A DNA stretch of 55,956 bases, the filler included, from Sluysia triapertura (taxonomy: Eukaryota), in assembly GCA_046118255.1 (NCBI GenBank). It is 4 parts of 4 records of this genome, joined end to end, with 100 filler letters (N's around TTAATTAATTAA, not from the genome) between each part and the next. Parts side by side here need not be neighbours in the genome. Positions count along the whole stretch, not along the records: positions 1 to 13,126 come from JBJNIA010058100.1; 3 more parts are not named here. One strand, 5' to 3'. This document shows, in pieces, positions 1 to 12,420 of the stretch. The translations under genes and the position numbers were made by a program. The first letter of the stretch is position 1, and the number at the start of each line of letters is the position of its first letter. A model generated the notes under the pieces. The model worked only from the letters and a program-made list of their open reading frames with translations, was not told the DNA's origin and did not search any database.

Positions 1-52
1 ATGTTGAAAAAAAATGTAAAAGAAGTAAAGAATGAATGAATATTATGTTACA

Positions 53-54
<2 letters not shown>

Positions 55-122
<68 letters not shown>
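55..122. repeat. (TTA)n microsatellite
   Basis: Perfect tta trinucleotide run; it is the (AAT)n tail of the minus-strand repeat at 123-626. Confidence 0.95.
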
Positions 123-124
<2 letters not shown>

Positions 125-626
125 AAAGTACATAAATCTTTTAAATGTTCTGATGATAAAAAGACAATCTTCCTAATATTTAGATTTTTTTCTCGACATA
201 TTTAAATTGTATTTATTTACTGAAGTGCTAGTTCTTAACATCTTTGAAGTTCTTTTTTTCATTACTATGTTTTAAATTTTATAATATGATTTATAATGTG
301 ATCTACAAGATTGAGTATTGAAAAATTATGAACTTGAAATGTTTTGGATTAGTTTTAAGTGTATATTTGACAGATTAAGATGTAAATTGTGGTCCTAATG
401 TTGTGAGATTGTGATATTATGAATTAAAATATACTAAATGAAATTTAAATGTGCATTAATTATTTTGGATGTAAGTATAGTTTTGATGTAAGATTGTGAA
501 TTTAAAATGTTTTGAAATGTAAAAAGGTTTTAATATGTCTGAGAAAGTAAAATGTAAGATGTAAGAAAATGTGATATTATGTATGAATTAAGAGTTTAAA
601 TTCTAAGTGAAAGGTTGGCCACCACA
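123..626 (-). mobile_element. Decayed dispersed repeat with (AAT)n tail, possibly R4/Dong-like non-LTR retroelement (copy 1)
   Basis: Shares 'aaaggttggcc(c)accaca' (611-627 vs 15472-15488), internal 'ataca(c/t)ttaaa(a/g)ctaat(c/a)caaa' and 3' 'atttatg..ttt.aataataat' with 14625-15488; minus strand reads ..IHLKLIQ.. and ..KRTSKMLR.., resembling an R4-clade C-terminus. Confidence 0.4.
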
Positions 627-774
627 AGGGACACAATATCTTTTACTAAAATCAATTTTAAATTATAAGAAAAATATGAGCGATTAGAAATATAATTTTT
701 TATTTAACAAAGTCAACAATGTATATATTCAATGTGTTGGGATAGATGCCTAAGGTGCCATAGTGTAATAATCT

Positions 775-871
775 AGTATAATAATCTAAAAATTGTTAGA
801 CGGGGCTGATAGCTCAGTGGTAGAGCAAGAGGTCCCGGGTTCGATCCCCGGTCAGTCCATTTTTCGAAGTC
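775..871 (+). mobile_element. tRNA-Ala-derived repeat (SINE-like), anticodon arm deleted (copy 1)
   Basis: 803-859 GGGCTGA-TAGCTCAGTGGTAGAGC-AAGAGGTC-CCGGGTTCGATCCCCGG-TCAGTCC-A: 7-bp acceptor stem with G3:U70, A box, B box/T arm, followed by TTTTT; no anticodon stem-loop. Confidence 0.85.
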
Positions 872-2351
872 CAATATATATAATTACGATATTCAGTGAG
901 TGTAATTATTTGTAGATCTCACTTGTTTAATGAAAATTCTAAAATTCACTTAAAATCCTAGTATAATTTTTTAAAGTAATATTAAGCCAGGCTTGCCATC
1001 TAAACTAGTACATTTTTGTTATTGTTTTTCTGCTATTCATTTCATTTTTTGGGTTCACATTTTTTGTTTAATAATATAACTTAATTTTGTTATTTAAAAA
1101 TTTAAGAATTTAAAAATTTAATAATGATTTAAGAATGTAAATCTCACCTATTAAATGCGTATTACCGTACACAAAATACACAAATTTATAATAAAATCCT
1201 ACAGGGCTGACAATTTTTCGTTTATCCATTTTGCTAAATTAGGTTATAATAAAATTAAATAATTCGGACAAGTTTAAAAATAATTTCAATTTATGAAATC
1301 TCATTTAACTTGATTACGTTATGTTATTTATTATTGAAAGTCAGACTTTGCAGTTCTAGTGCATTCCCTAGCCGTAATTTTATTGATCTCTAAAGCATAA
1401 TTGTGATTATAGTTTTTGATTAAATTTATCATACTATTCGAATGCATTAAGAATGTAATCCATATTATTATTTGGATTGTATTTAATAGTTTGATATTTG
1501 ATTACATTTAATAGATCACAATTAGTAGAGTTAACTATTAAAACATGTTCAATTTAATATGTTAACGTAAAAGTAAATCTTTTTTGTTTTAATTTTTATA
1601 AAAAAATTAAAAGTTCGCATCAAAACAATTTTTAGTATTTAATTTCTTTACATTTAATTTTCCGATGTTAATAAAATAAAATTTCATTTAAAGAAAAGTA
1701 ATTCAGCTGCAATTGCAGCAACAATCAATAAAATCTCATAAAACTATAAAGTGTTAATTGAAAAATTGTAGATAATAAAAATTTCGAATTATTAAACACA
1801 AAACTACCCGCCTTCACCGCATTCGTATATAAAACTAAAATTATTGCAACGCTTCGTTCTCTTCGACAAAGTGGAAAATGTAATTTCTATCAACAGCAAC
1901 TATTGCCGTTGGCCCAACTGAACATACAAATATTATTAATAAGAGAAATCTGAGCTAGAAGTAGTTTTCCCCTATTTGAAAAAATTAATTTTGAACAAAT
2001 TCTTTTATTATCAGTAATATATAATTTATTTTCAAGTATAATTAATTATTTTTATTTTTATTATAAAATTTAATAAAATTTCAATTGTTAAATTGATAAA
2101 CAAATTTCTATTCATTTAATTTCCATTACTTTATTTTCTTTATGCATTTATTTCCATTTTTTCGGTACTACTTTTAAAGTACTAATCATTTAAAGTTAAT
2201 GGACCAATATTATATTAGTCAAACACAAAATCCTCCATTTAAATATAATAAATATGACTACAAAATAACTAATATGCTCATTATTTTGACCAATTTTTAT
2301 AAGTAGAATTGATTTTGTTTTGATTTTGTATATTAAAAAATAATTACAGCG

Positions 2352-3660
2352 ATGGATATAATTAATTTTATTCATGTTTTTATGATTATGAATTTAATGA
2401 TTGAAAATGGTGCAACTGTGTTACATAAAGTACTAAGAATTTGTCCACCACAATTGCAACGAAACATATTCAGATGTATCAAAAAGAACTTAATTGAAGT
2501 TCCACATTATATTCATAGAGAAACGTTAGTGGTTGATTTGAGTAATAATAAATTAACTGTTATCCATGAAAGTAACTTTATTAAATTACCAAAATTAATA
2601 AAATTAATTTTGGATTATAATAACATTTGGAAAATCACTGAAAATGCATTTAAACCATTAAAAAATTTATTGGATTTATCTATACGTCATAATGAATTAG
2701 CTAATAAAATTGACTTAGCTCTTACAAAAGATGTTTTAGAATCATTGAAATCTATTCAACGATTAGATTTATCGTACAATCCATTGCAATATTTACCAGA
2801 AGATTTGTTTTATAATTTGACTACACTTAAAACACTAATTCTTGATGGTGTTAGACAACCACTATATTTACCAAACAAAATTTTACAAAGTTTATATAAT
2901 TTAGAACTCATATCAATTGAAAACAATCAATTAACATCGTTATCTGAAAGTCTTTTTCACAATCTTATCAAATTAACAATTACAAATATCCGATTGACAA
3001 ATAATCCTTGGAATTGTAACTGTAGTTTGAAATGGTTGTGTATAGCATTATCAACTGAAACTTATCAATATATTCATAGTAAAACATTAGACAGTGACAA
3101 ATCTATTTTACCAATTTGCAATTTACCACCCAATTGGTATGGATATCCGTTAATTAAAGTATCATTGGAACACTTTACGTGCCCAATATCAGTATTTGTT
3201 TATCAGGCAAATATTACCACCTTGGAATTTACAAATACTAATATGATTTGTAAAATTTACAATACTTTCACAAATTATTCTATAAAGTGGTTTTTTGAAA
3301 ACGTTAAAATTAAACAGTTCTCGACATCTTATAACAATAATGAATGGGACAAATATTACATTAGTACTTAATATAAACAAACTAAAATTAGCTGATACTG
3401 GTTATTATTTTTGTCAAATTGATTATTTCGATCGATATAATAACAAATATGAAACTTTAAGAAAGCCTATTTATTTAAATATTTTGAAAGATAGCATGTT
3501 TTATGGAAATAATGATATTCGTTATATTTTCACGTCTGGTATTATTTTAGCTGGTATTATAATTATTTTGGTTACTGTTTTAGCAAAATGTTATTTATTT
3601 AAAACAAAAGGGATTTATGTTAAAAAATTAATAATAAATTTTAATTTTTTAAATCAATGA
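2352..3660 (+). CDS. LRR + LRRCT + Ig + single TM cell-surface protein (Kekkon/LIG-like); split by a +1 frameshift near 3291-3296
   Basis: ORF 2352-3371 has LRRNT (ICPP..C), repeats such as VDLSNNKL, LDYNNI, LDLSYNPL, LRRCT 'NNPWNCNCSLKWL...C..P....G' and the first half of an Ig (MIC..SIKWF); ORF 3295-3660 supplies 'LNINKLKLADTGYYFC' and TM 'IFTSGIILAGIIIILVTVLA'. Removing one T from TGG-TTTTTT-G joins them. Confidence 0.85.
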
Positions 3661-3873
3661 TGTGGTTAATATTGCTATTGCTTACAAGTTTCCATGAACG
3701 CCTTTTTGCTAATACAAGATGTACAGTGGATAATGTACACGAAACTCCTTTTGTAAGGATACGTTTGAATTAACAAATCATTGTCGTTTATTTTCAAATC
3801 CGTGCTATTGTGCAGTTCATTTTTATATTGCTGAAAATAGTATAAAATCTGGAAGTAATTATAGTAAAAGTAA

Positions 3874-4680
3874 TTTACTGATTATTACGATGAAGTTTTA
3901 ACGAAAAATTGGCGTTATGTCTCATTTGAAAGTCTCACATATAAATCACTAAAAAGTACTGCAGATGTAAATTCGGAAGCTTTAAAAATTATTTATGATT
4001 TTGTGAAGATAGATTCAAACAATGATATTGAAATTTTACATCGACCTGATAATACAAGTCGTTTTCCAATACATTACGCCGTTGAATTAGTAAAGTCAAC
4101 TCAAGAAGAAGGTCCTGAATATATACGACTTTTGTTAGATTTAAAGACTGATCCAGTAGGTACTGATGATTTTAAAAGAACTTCACTTGCATTAGCAATT
4201 GACGCTCAGTGTTTAGTAGCAGTTGAAATACTTTTAACTGAAAGTTCTACAAAACCAGATATCTTTACAAAAGATAATCAAGGATTATCATGATTTCATT
4301 ACTTATGTGGTCAGGGTAATATTAACATATTAGAATTACTCTTAAAGTATGCTGGTTCTGATATAAATTTAGATATACCAGATCAAAATGGATTGACACC
4401 AACATTTTAAGCAGTTTCAGCTTGTAATGATCAATTATTAAATTTTCTAATAAAATCAAATGTTGATTTAAATGTAGTAGACAACTATAATCGTACTTTG
4501 TGTCATAAAACAGCTGAAAAAGGAGCGTTTTTATGTTTGGAAATTCTTGTTGATCCTTGGCTAGATTCTGATGATAATACTAAACCAATTCATGAAGAGA
4601 TAATAGAAATTCTACTCAAAACACCTTTTACCATCAATATGAATCAAGTACCTGATTTTACCAGTGGTGTTACTATTGAG
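3874..4680 (+). pseudogene. Ankyrin-repeat pseudogene
   Basis: One continuous frame reads RFPIHYAV, KRTSLALAI, GLS*FHYLCGQGNINILELLL, GLTPTF*AVSACNDQLLNFLIKSNVDLN, NRTLCHKTAEKGAFLCLEILV; in-frame TGA 4291-4293 and TAA 4408-4410. Confidence 0.8.
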
Positions 4681-4914
4681 CCGGTTATTCTTATCAAATT
4701 TTTATATATATATTTATTATATTGTTGTATGAACATTAAATTTTACGTGTTTACAGATTTCGTCAGTTTAGTAAATTCTTTGATTATGTGTTTGTTCTTA
4801 ATGGTTTCAGGCCTTAAGCCTATGTTTATAAAAAAATATAACATGTTCAATTCATTTTAATTTTGTCATAATTTATTGGTTAAAAATAAATTTTAATAAA
4901 CATAAAAATAAAGT

Positions 4915-5114
4915 TAAATTTAGATTTCATAAACTAAAATACATATTGCCCTCCGCACATTTTAAAAAGACATTGTATAAGCCACGATAAACTTTGCCCC
5001 AAATATACAATTGTTTTAATATAAATCTACTTGTACCTCCATATAAGTTCTTCTAAAGTACTACTTACAACTTAGCCCTTAAGTGAGTAAGTCTAAGATT
5101 GTAAGGGACTCACA
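4915..5114 (-). mobile_element. Solo-LTR-like dispersed repeat beginning TGTGAGTCCC (copy 1)
   Basis: Minus strand 'tgtgagtcccttacaatcttagacttactcacttaagggcta' matches 16573 and 22088; TG start is LTR-like; no CA end or TSD confirmed. Confidence 0.4.
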
Positions 5115-5172
5115 GCATAAGAAAATAAAACAGTTTAAGTAAAGCAATTGACATATTAATACATAATTTTTA

Positions 5173-5235
5173 ATCATCGAATTGCCCAGCGAAAGATTCC
5201 GGATTCGATCCCGGTCAGTTCATTTTATGAAGTAT
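5173..5235 (+). mobile_element. tRNA-Ala-derived repeat, 3' part (copy 2)
   Basis: 'atcatcgaattgcccagcgaaagattccggattcgatcccggtcagttcattttatgaagt' matches B box and 3' end of copy 1. Confidence 0.75.
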
Positions 5236-5920
5236 AACATAATTATGACTTTTGAAATCAAATTTACCAATGTTTTGTATGTTTTGTAAGTTAATTTCTT
5301 CGATATAAAATAGTCTTGTTGACGATTCAATGTAATTTTAAACATAATGTTACATTATATAAATATAATGTTACAGAACGATGTAACTATTGGGGAAATT
5401 TCATTATTATGTTATATTTTTATACCGCGTGATTTTAAAGATTTTATTTATTGAATTGTTTAGATTATTGAATATTTGTGCATTTAGTTTAGGGTTTTTG
5501 TGCATGACATTAAAATACGTGGCATTGTTTTCATTGATTTCATTGTTAAAATTTTAAGTGAAAAAGGTACAACATACTGGTACAACACTTTGGTAATCTA
5601 GAGAAATTGCAATGATTTTTATTTCATTCATTGTTGTAATGACTATTTACTTGTTTTATTATATGTATAGAAGTGTTACAAATTTATTAAACCTCGACGA
5701 ATTGTAATAATCATGCTTGTATTAATCTATCGAATATTACTAATATTTTCCAAAAAAATTAACTTAAAATTGCAAAAAGGAATTAAGTTTACAACTGATT
5801 CTATATATACATTTTTTGTTGAATTATGGAATGATTAAATAATTAAAATTCAATTTCCAATAAAATTCAATTTCATAATTTCCAATTATGAGTGGAAAGT
5901 ATCATAACAACTAACAACTA

Positions 5921-6245
5921 ATTTCCAATTCCACTATATCAATTTTATTTATCAATATTATCACTTTAATGTTAATTTCATCAACTGTGGACCGGATGAT
6001 TATTATGTTAGAATGAAAAATAGAAATCATAAAGATCTCGTCCCTGAATTTGATAGAGCTAAACATTCTCATGTTATAGAAAATTATTTTTGTCATATGA
6101 TAAATTTAGCAAACATTGCAGTTCTTGAAATAAATGCGTTGCTCCTTTTGATCATCATTGTACTTGGTTAGATGTAGAAATTATAAGATTTTTATAGCTA
6201 CTTTAATAAGCACTGGTTTCGTTTATTTGGCATAAGTTGAGTATA
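5921..6245 (+). pseudogene. ZDHHC1: DHHC palmitoyltransferase pseudogene, ZDHHC1/11 subfamily
   Basis: Across three frameshifts: TM..SSTVD(P)DDYYVRMK..LVPEFDRAKHSHVIENYFCH / KFSKHCSS*NKCVAPFDHHCTWLD / CRNYKIF; DHHC at 6150-6161. Matches the ZDHHC1/11 signature 'F(D/N)R..H.HVIE...C..C...V...SKHC..CNKCV..FDHHC.WLNNCVG.RNY'. Missed by the ORF track. Confidence 0.88.
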
Positions 6246-8788
6246 TTTATTGTTTATTGGTTTTTTTGGTGATTTATCTTATGGATGTTGCCTGATCATT
6301 ATAAAAAGTTGAAAGAACTCTACTTTATCGGAAGTAAACAGTATAACCAGTGATAAAGAAAGCAAAGAATCCAACAAAGAATAATTTGGAGTAATACTTA
6401 GTGTACCGAAGCAGCAAAAATGTCAAATAACGACATTAAACGAATAAGGTTTAATCTATTTGTAAAGATGAAAATAAAGACATTAGAAAATTAAATAAAT
6501 AAATTAATTCAGCGAATTAACCGTTACTTTCAGGTTCGATTAGTTGCAGTAACTTAAATTAAAATTATTGTTAAAATCTTATAGAGATGCTTACTTTTAC
6601 GTCATAAGATATTTATTATAGATAGATTCATTACTAATCACTTTGCGTAGGAGTATGAATTTGTATTTTAAAGAAATCCCCCTCCTTTCATTACTATTAT
6701 AATAAACTATAATTTCATTTAATAATTAAAATCATTTAAAAGATTAATAACTAAAAAGTGCATAATTTTAGAATAAACTTTATAACATTAAAAATAAAAT
6801 TTAACAAAAAATGTTAAATTAAATTAAGAAATAATGTAAATCAAATCAAAAGACCTAATTCATCATAATAAGCTTCAAAAGTGTATTACAGTTATGAAAA
6901 ATATCTAAAAACACTGACTATAGCAAAATTACGTAAAATTCATTATAGAACATGAGAAAAAGTTTTGGCTAATAGCAATGAGTTACAAAATAGAAAACAT
7001 ATAACTACTGGTCATAAAGAAATTGTATTATAAAAATAAGAAAATTACACAATTATTTTTATTGGCTCTAGCAAAATTGGTATAAATAAAAAGCCGCAAA
7101 TAATGAAGTAGTAAATCTGTAAGTACATGAATACGTCGAAAAAGGATGCAAATTTTAGAAATGAAGATTAACTTAATTAACTTAATTAATTAACTAATTA
7201 ACTTAATTGAAATTAGCAAATGGTTGAATCCAAGGACTCACAATCGAGGAAAATATTAAGAAAATCTCTTAAAACTAACATTTAATAAAGTTAAACTGCA
7301 CACATTGTAATAAAGAATAATTTTGAATTATAAGTGAGGTAAGTGTGGTTAATATTAACGTTTAACGTTGCTATTTTATAATTTACCATCAAAATTTGTT
7401 TTTCTTTAAAAAGAAACAGTTTATCAAATCATCCCTAGGTCTGCAGCAGGTATTTCGAACTATAAATAAAGTAATTACAAACTTTACTAATAACTCCGAT
7501 TAAATGGTTAGATTATTATATTTATAGTTTTAAAGGATAACAATTGTCAGTACGCAAAATAAAAAAATAAAACTATTGTCGATAATGATAAAATAATAGT
7601 GTCCTGTCTCAGGTTACCATGGAATATGAGAATCTGAAGTAAAATAATAATACTTTGTAATAATTATAAATAACCTGGATGTTTGGCATGTGGTGTACTA
7701 AAAATTATGTTATCTAAATATTTATTATAAACATGTATATTTCCAATAAATATCGTTATTTTACCTAAATAAAATAATACTATGAAAAGTTTTCATATAA
7801 ATAATTACTATGAAAAGTTTTCATATAAATTATTGACTTTATCACGTTATTTGATATAATTCAAAAAAATTGGTTTGCAGGACGTTATTGTGTTACTATC
7901 AAGTTCAAGAGGTCATTTAAGAAATTAGTTACGGCATCAATACTGCTGCAGTGTTATTCATCGTTCCAGTTATTCGACATTATTAGTTGTCAATCAAGCT
8001 CTGAATTAACGCAAATAATTTGATGTACTTGATTAGTGTTTTGTCTCGAGTTATCAGTAAGTTTGTTGCATTTAAGTGTATTTTCCTCTAGGAGAAACAA
8101 TTTTTTACTAAAAACTTTAAAGTGAACGTCTAGTTTTCTGCTGGAGAATTTGTAAAAATAACTTCTAGAAATAATCTTTTATTGGATATTTCATAATCAT
8201 ATTGTTTTTGTGTTCCCATCTTGTATTTATTGAATTCTAATATTTGATTATAATACACCTTATTGTGTTGATTCCTTATTTAGTTATTAAAGATATATTG
8301 ACAGAAATTACAATCATTTCTAAATTTATTAAGTAAAAAGCGAATATAACTTCTTAAGTTCAAATAAAATAATTGAAATTAATAATATTTAAGAAGAAAG
8401 AGTTTCAAGAATTTAAAAGCGAAGTTCATTAACACAGTTTAAAGTGATTAGTATTTGAAAAAGATTATTGAAGAATTTTATTAAGTTATGACCATTACCC
8501 AACTTAAAAAGTTTTGGCCTACATTTACAATTACATTACAATCGTTAAAAAGAATTGTTAAGAAAACCTAGGAGAGAAAATAGTTGTATGATAAAGGTAA
8601 AGTGACAGATTATCATATTAATTGGTAGATAATTGAGAAATTGAAAATGTGAGCAACGACCCTTTGAAGGAAGTTTGTTAATTTTAAAAGATTTCGAGTT
8701 TATAATTGCTTCTTACGAATATGTCGTAGGCGGATTTTAATTAAATTTTATAATTTGCGAAAAGAAAATTCCCAACAATAGTTGTAGT

Positions 8789-8902
8789 GGTCAACACTCA
8801 CAACTTAAAACCCATCAAAACATTATGGTCAACATTCACAACTTAAAATTCATTAAAACATAATATTCAACACTCATAACTTAAAGTTCACTAAAACATA
8901 AT
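8789..8902. repeat. 38-bp tandem repeat, 3 diverged copies
   Basis: 'ggtcaacactcacaacttaaaacccatcaaaacattat' and variants at 8789, 8827, 8865. Confidence 0.85.
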
Positions 8903-11648
8903 TTCTAAATCAACCACATTTCATACTATCGAACTCCACCAACTCAATCATCATAAACAACACTCGACATTTAAAACATCTTATCAATTCATATATCAAC
9001 AATTCTATTCTATTATTGGAGCGTTTATTTCATTGATTAGTAATTGTATCGTATTTATATATTATCATCTTACAACAGTTTCAACCGAATTTCCATCACT
9101 CATAAATTCATCATCTGTTCCACTTTCTGATAACACTGCAGCAGTAAATTATTTATAAAATTGTTGTTTATATCATCAAATACTCAGAATCAAAAGCTGA
9201 CTAATTATTTTCATTATCTTTTCCAGACATATCATTGATTTTAATTAATAATTGAAATAAATAATAAAATTGAAATAATATAAAAATATAATTATACATA
9301 ATTTAAAATTTTAGTCTTATTTAAGGTAGAATCCGTTTTTATAAGTGAAATATCTCAGAATAATATCATTAAATAGAGAAAATGATCATGAATATTTTTA
9401 TAAAACAACTTTAATTTATTATAAAAATCACGCGAACAAATAATCAATTTATAGAAATTTTTGAAACTAAATTTTAAGTATTAATTAGTTAAAACAAATT
9501 TCATGTAAAAATTAAAAGTTTTACCTGAAAATGCAATCTTTTGCAAGTAACATATTTTATATGTATATTCATCTTATATAACGGTTTAAATAAATTGATA
9601 ATTTGTAATTCTTTTAGAGTTTATTTTATTTTCACTTATTATTAATAGATTTGGATTTTCATTATTGACTTTATATCACTAACTTATCACAGAAATTCTT
9701 AAAGAAGAAAAGATTGAAACCATAATTTTAAATTACGTTGTAACAAAAATAATTTCTAATACAATAATTCTGTTTTCATAAATACAATAATAGTAATAAT
9801 ATAAATCTAACAAATAATTGTGTCAAAAACTCGATAATATTCTTCTGTAAAAGTCGAATTTTTTTGACTGTTAGTAAGTTCAAATTTATAACGACAAATC
9901 TTATATGAATAATACTTTGTATTTGGAGCGGTATGGTAAATGCTGTTTACGGTAATATTATTTAATAGACATTATTTTTATAATACAAATGCTAAACGTA
10001 AATGAAGTTTTTTTGAAATGTCTCAGCTTCGATCACAGATTAATGTTTCAAATTTATTTTATTGAGAATATAATTTACAAGACAACTATTTGTGCATGAA
10101 TGTTTCTCAACATAAGTTTTGGATTAAATTATATAAACAAACGGTCTCGATATATCCTCTACAAAATAATTGTTTTTTGTTATCTAAATAAAAATAAATG
10201 CTCATGTTATTAAAACCAACGTAAATTAAACTCCGCTTAATTTAATTAGTTTAATAATAAATATGCACATATCTTCAAGGAAAAATGAATTTAGATAATA
10301 CTATAAACATTTTTAATATAATTAATACAAGAAATTTTCATATATGATTCATTTTAACGAACAATTTTTACACGTACAATTTGCTACAATTTTCTATGCA
10401 CTTCACATACAAACGTTTACTGTTATGTTCATATTTTTTTATATTTCCGTGGTCACCTTCCAAGTTTCTTGGGCAGATTTATTATACAATCATATTCTAC
10501 AATACAATTCCACACTTGATGACAAGTAGTAATATGCTGAGAGTTAAAATGCTTAAGCATGTAACTACTAATAGCGTTGGAATTTAAGGTTTAATTATTT
10601 ATTTTTTGAAATAAAATTAAATAAACATTTTATATCGGTTTTAGAAAAATCAATAAATTTTATTTGTAAAAAATATATTTAAAAAATTCAAAAAAATTCT
10701 GGCAGCGATACAGCAGTTTGATAACACAAACCAAATAGTTAGTCAGAAACCACTTTAATTTTTAAGTACAAATTTAGCAATGTTGGCTCTTAATAACCCA
10801 TACTATGTTTTGATAGATATTATCTCCACAAGTTACGAATAACCTTCGTTCTGACTGATAAATTTTTAATATAATTTTAATATTAATTGATAAATATAAA
10901 AGATAAATATAATTATGACAGGTGCATGAAAGAGATTGTGTAAGGAAAGAAAGCTTTTGTTGTCAGATGCTTTCTGAATAGATATTTAAAGTGGTAGTAA
11001 GTTCGATTAATTAATATAATATGTGCTCTTTAATTTTTAATCAAAAATTAAATGCATATTATATGTAAATAATTTCTGCTTACTACTATAAGCAGTATTT
11101 AACACTAACCATGGGTATGTATTTAATAGGCAAGCTGCTCATACACAAAAATTATTTTCAAATAATAATTATTTATTTTGTTTTAAAACAATATTTTAGG
11201 AAGAATAAAATTTAAAAACATTCTTTTTCCTTTTAGAACGAAATACTGTAATTGTTTATTATTTATGGTTTTAGGATTGGTTAAACACATTACATTAAAA
11301 TCGTTTATTATTAAAGTTATGTTTATCATCTCAAAATTCCTTATTTGAATGCAAAGATTACAGAAGAATTCATTTTTGATTTATATTTTATTTATAACAA
11401 TTTTTTTAAAATTTTTATAATATAATGAAATTAAAATAACATAGAAAAAGCTAAATTTATTTATTGCATCTAAATTAAGGTTTAAAATCACCAAATCTGT
11501 TATTTTTCGGATATATCATATAACAATTTTACTAAATAAATAAAAAGATTTTATTAAATTTATATCGGTTGAATAATAAATAAAATTTACTTTTGCATCG
11601 TCCGATATTTGTAAATGATAAGGTTTTATGTATGATTCAACAGCAAAA

Positions 11649-12420
11649 TTAATTTGTATGTACTAGATTTGATAGGAATTCTGTTTGATCTTCGTTTTTG
11701 TTTGAACATACTCGGATCCGAGCGTGAAGTTGAATTATACTAATTATACTTATACTTGGATAATACTTTAAAACTTTAAGTATATATGTCTTGTCGATAT
11801 CATGCATTACGAGTGACTGTGTCTTCAGTATTATGTGGTATAGTCCGGACATTAGGTTTCCACTGTGTTTGGAAATTATTTTTATCTGAGATATCAACAA
11901 GTTGTATATTATTGAACAGAATCTGATAATCCTTTTCAACATCATCATGACGTGTTGCTGGACAGAATTGCATTAGTTTAAACATCTTTTTATTTCCTTT
12001 ATATAATTTATTACTTGATTTCAGTAGTATTTTCAAAACTCTTTGGATCTCTTCCTCTAATTTATAACACATCATTTGATCTATCTCCTCAATTACCCAT
12101 TGTCGTATAGAATAAAAGATTTCTTTAATTTGATTTGTATGATAGAAGATCATTGAAATTCGACTAAGGGATGCTACTAAAATGTGTACATCTAAAATAG
12201 TAAGTTCTGTTAATCGATCGGTCATATCTATATCTCTAGTTGAATGCATTACATTTAGATTTAATCCTTTATTCATTTTTATTAGTTTAACATAATTTTG
12301 CATTGCTAATTCAATGGTTAGAATCAAAATCGTTTCATAGATTAATGATCAATTGTTGATCAGACATTGTTGTACAAAAGGAATACCACATGGAACAATT
12401 TTTTTCGCCGATTTCAGATA
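11649..12420 (-). pseudogene. Orphan coding-like region, probably disrupted
   Basis: 175-aa ORF 11800-12327 extends upstream through one TGA (CGIPFVQQCLINN*SLIYETILIL..) and overlaps a second-frame ORF 11649-11948; no recognisable motif. Confidence 0.35.

Noticed and set aside
803-859. Functional decoding tRNA gene
   Set aside because: No anticodon arm; other copies are degenerate.
4291-6128. TGA at likely Cys positions (ankyrin GLS*FH, ZDHHC CSS*NKC) and TAA at a likely Tyr/Trp position, suggesting stop-codon reassignment or selenocysteine
   Set aside because: The ZDHHC relic also has frameshifting deletions, and intact exons (Shaw, ATAD2, LRRC74) use TGY/TGG/TAY with no in-frame stops; ordinary nonsense mutation explains it.
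8789-8902. 38-bp repeats as a CRISPR array
   Set aside because: Head-to-tail with no unique spacers.
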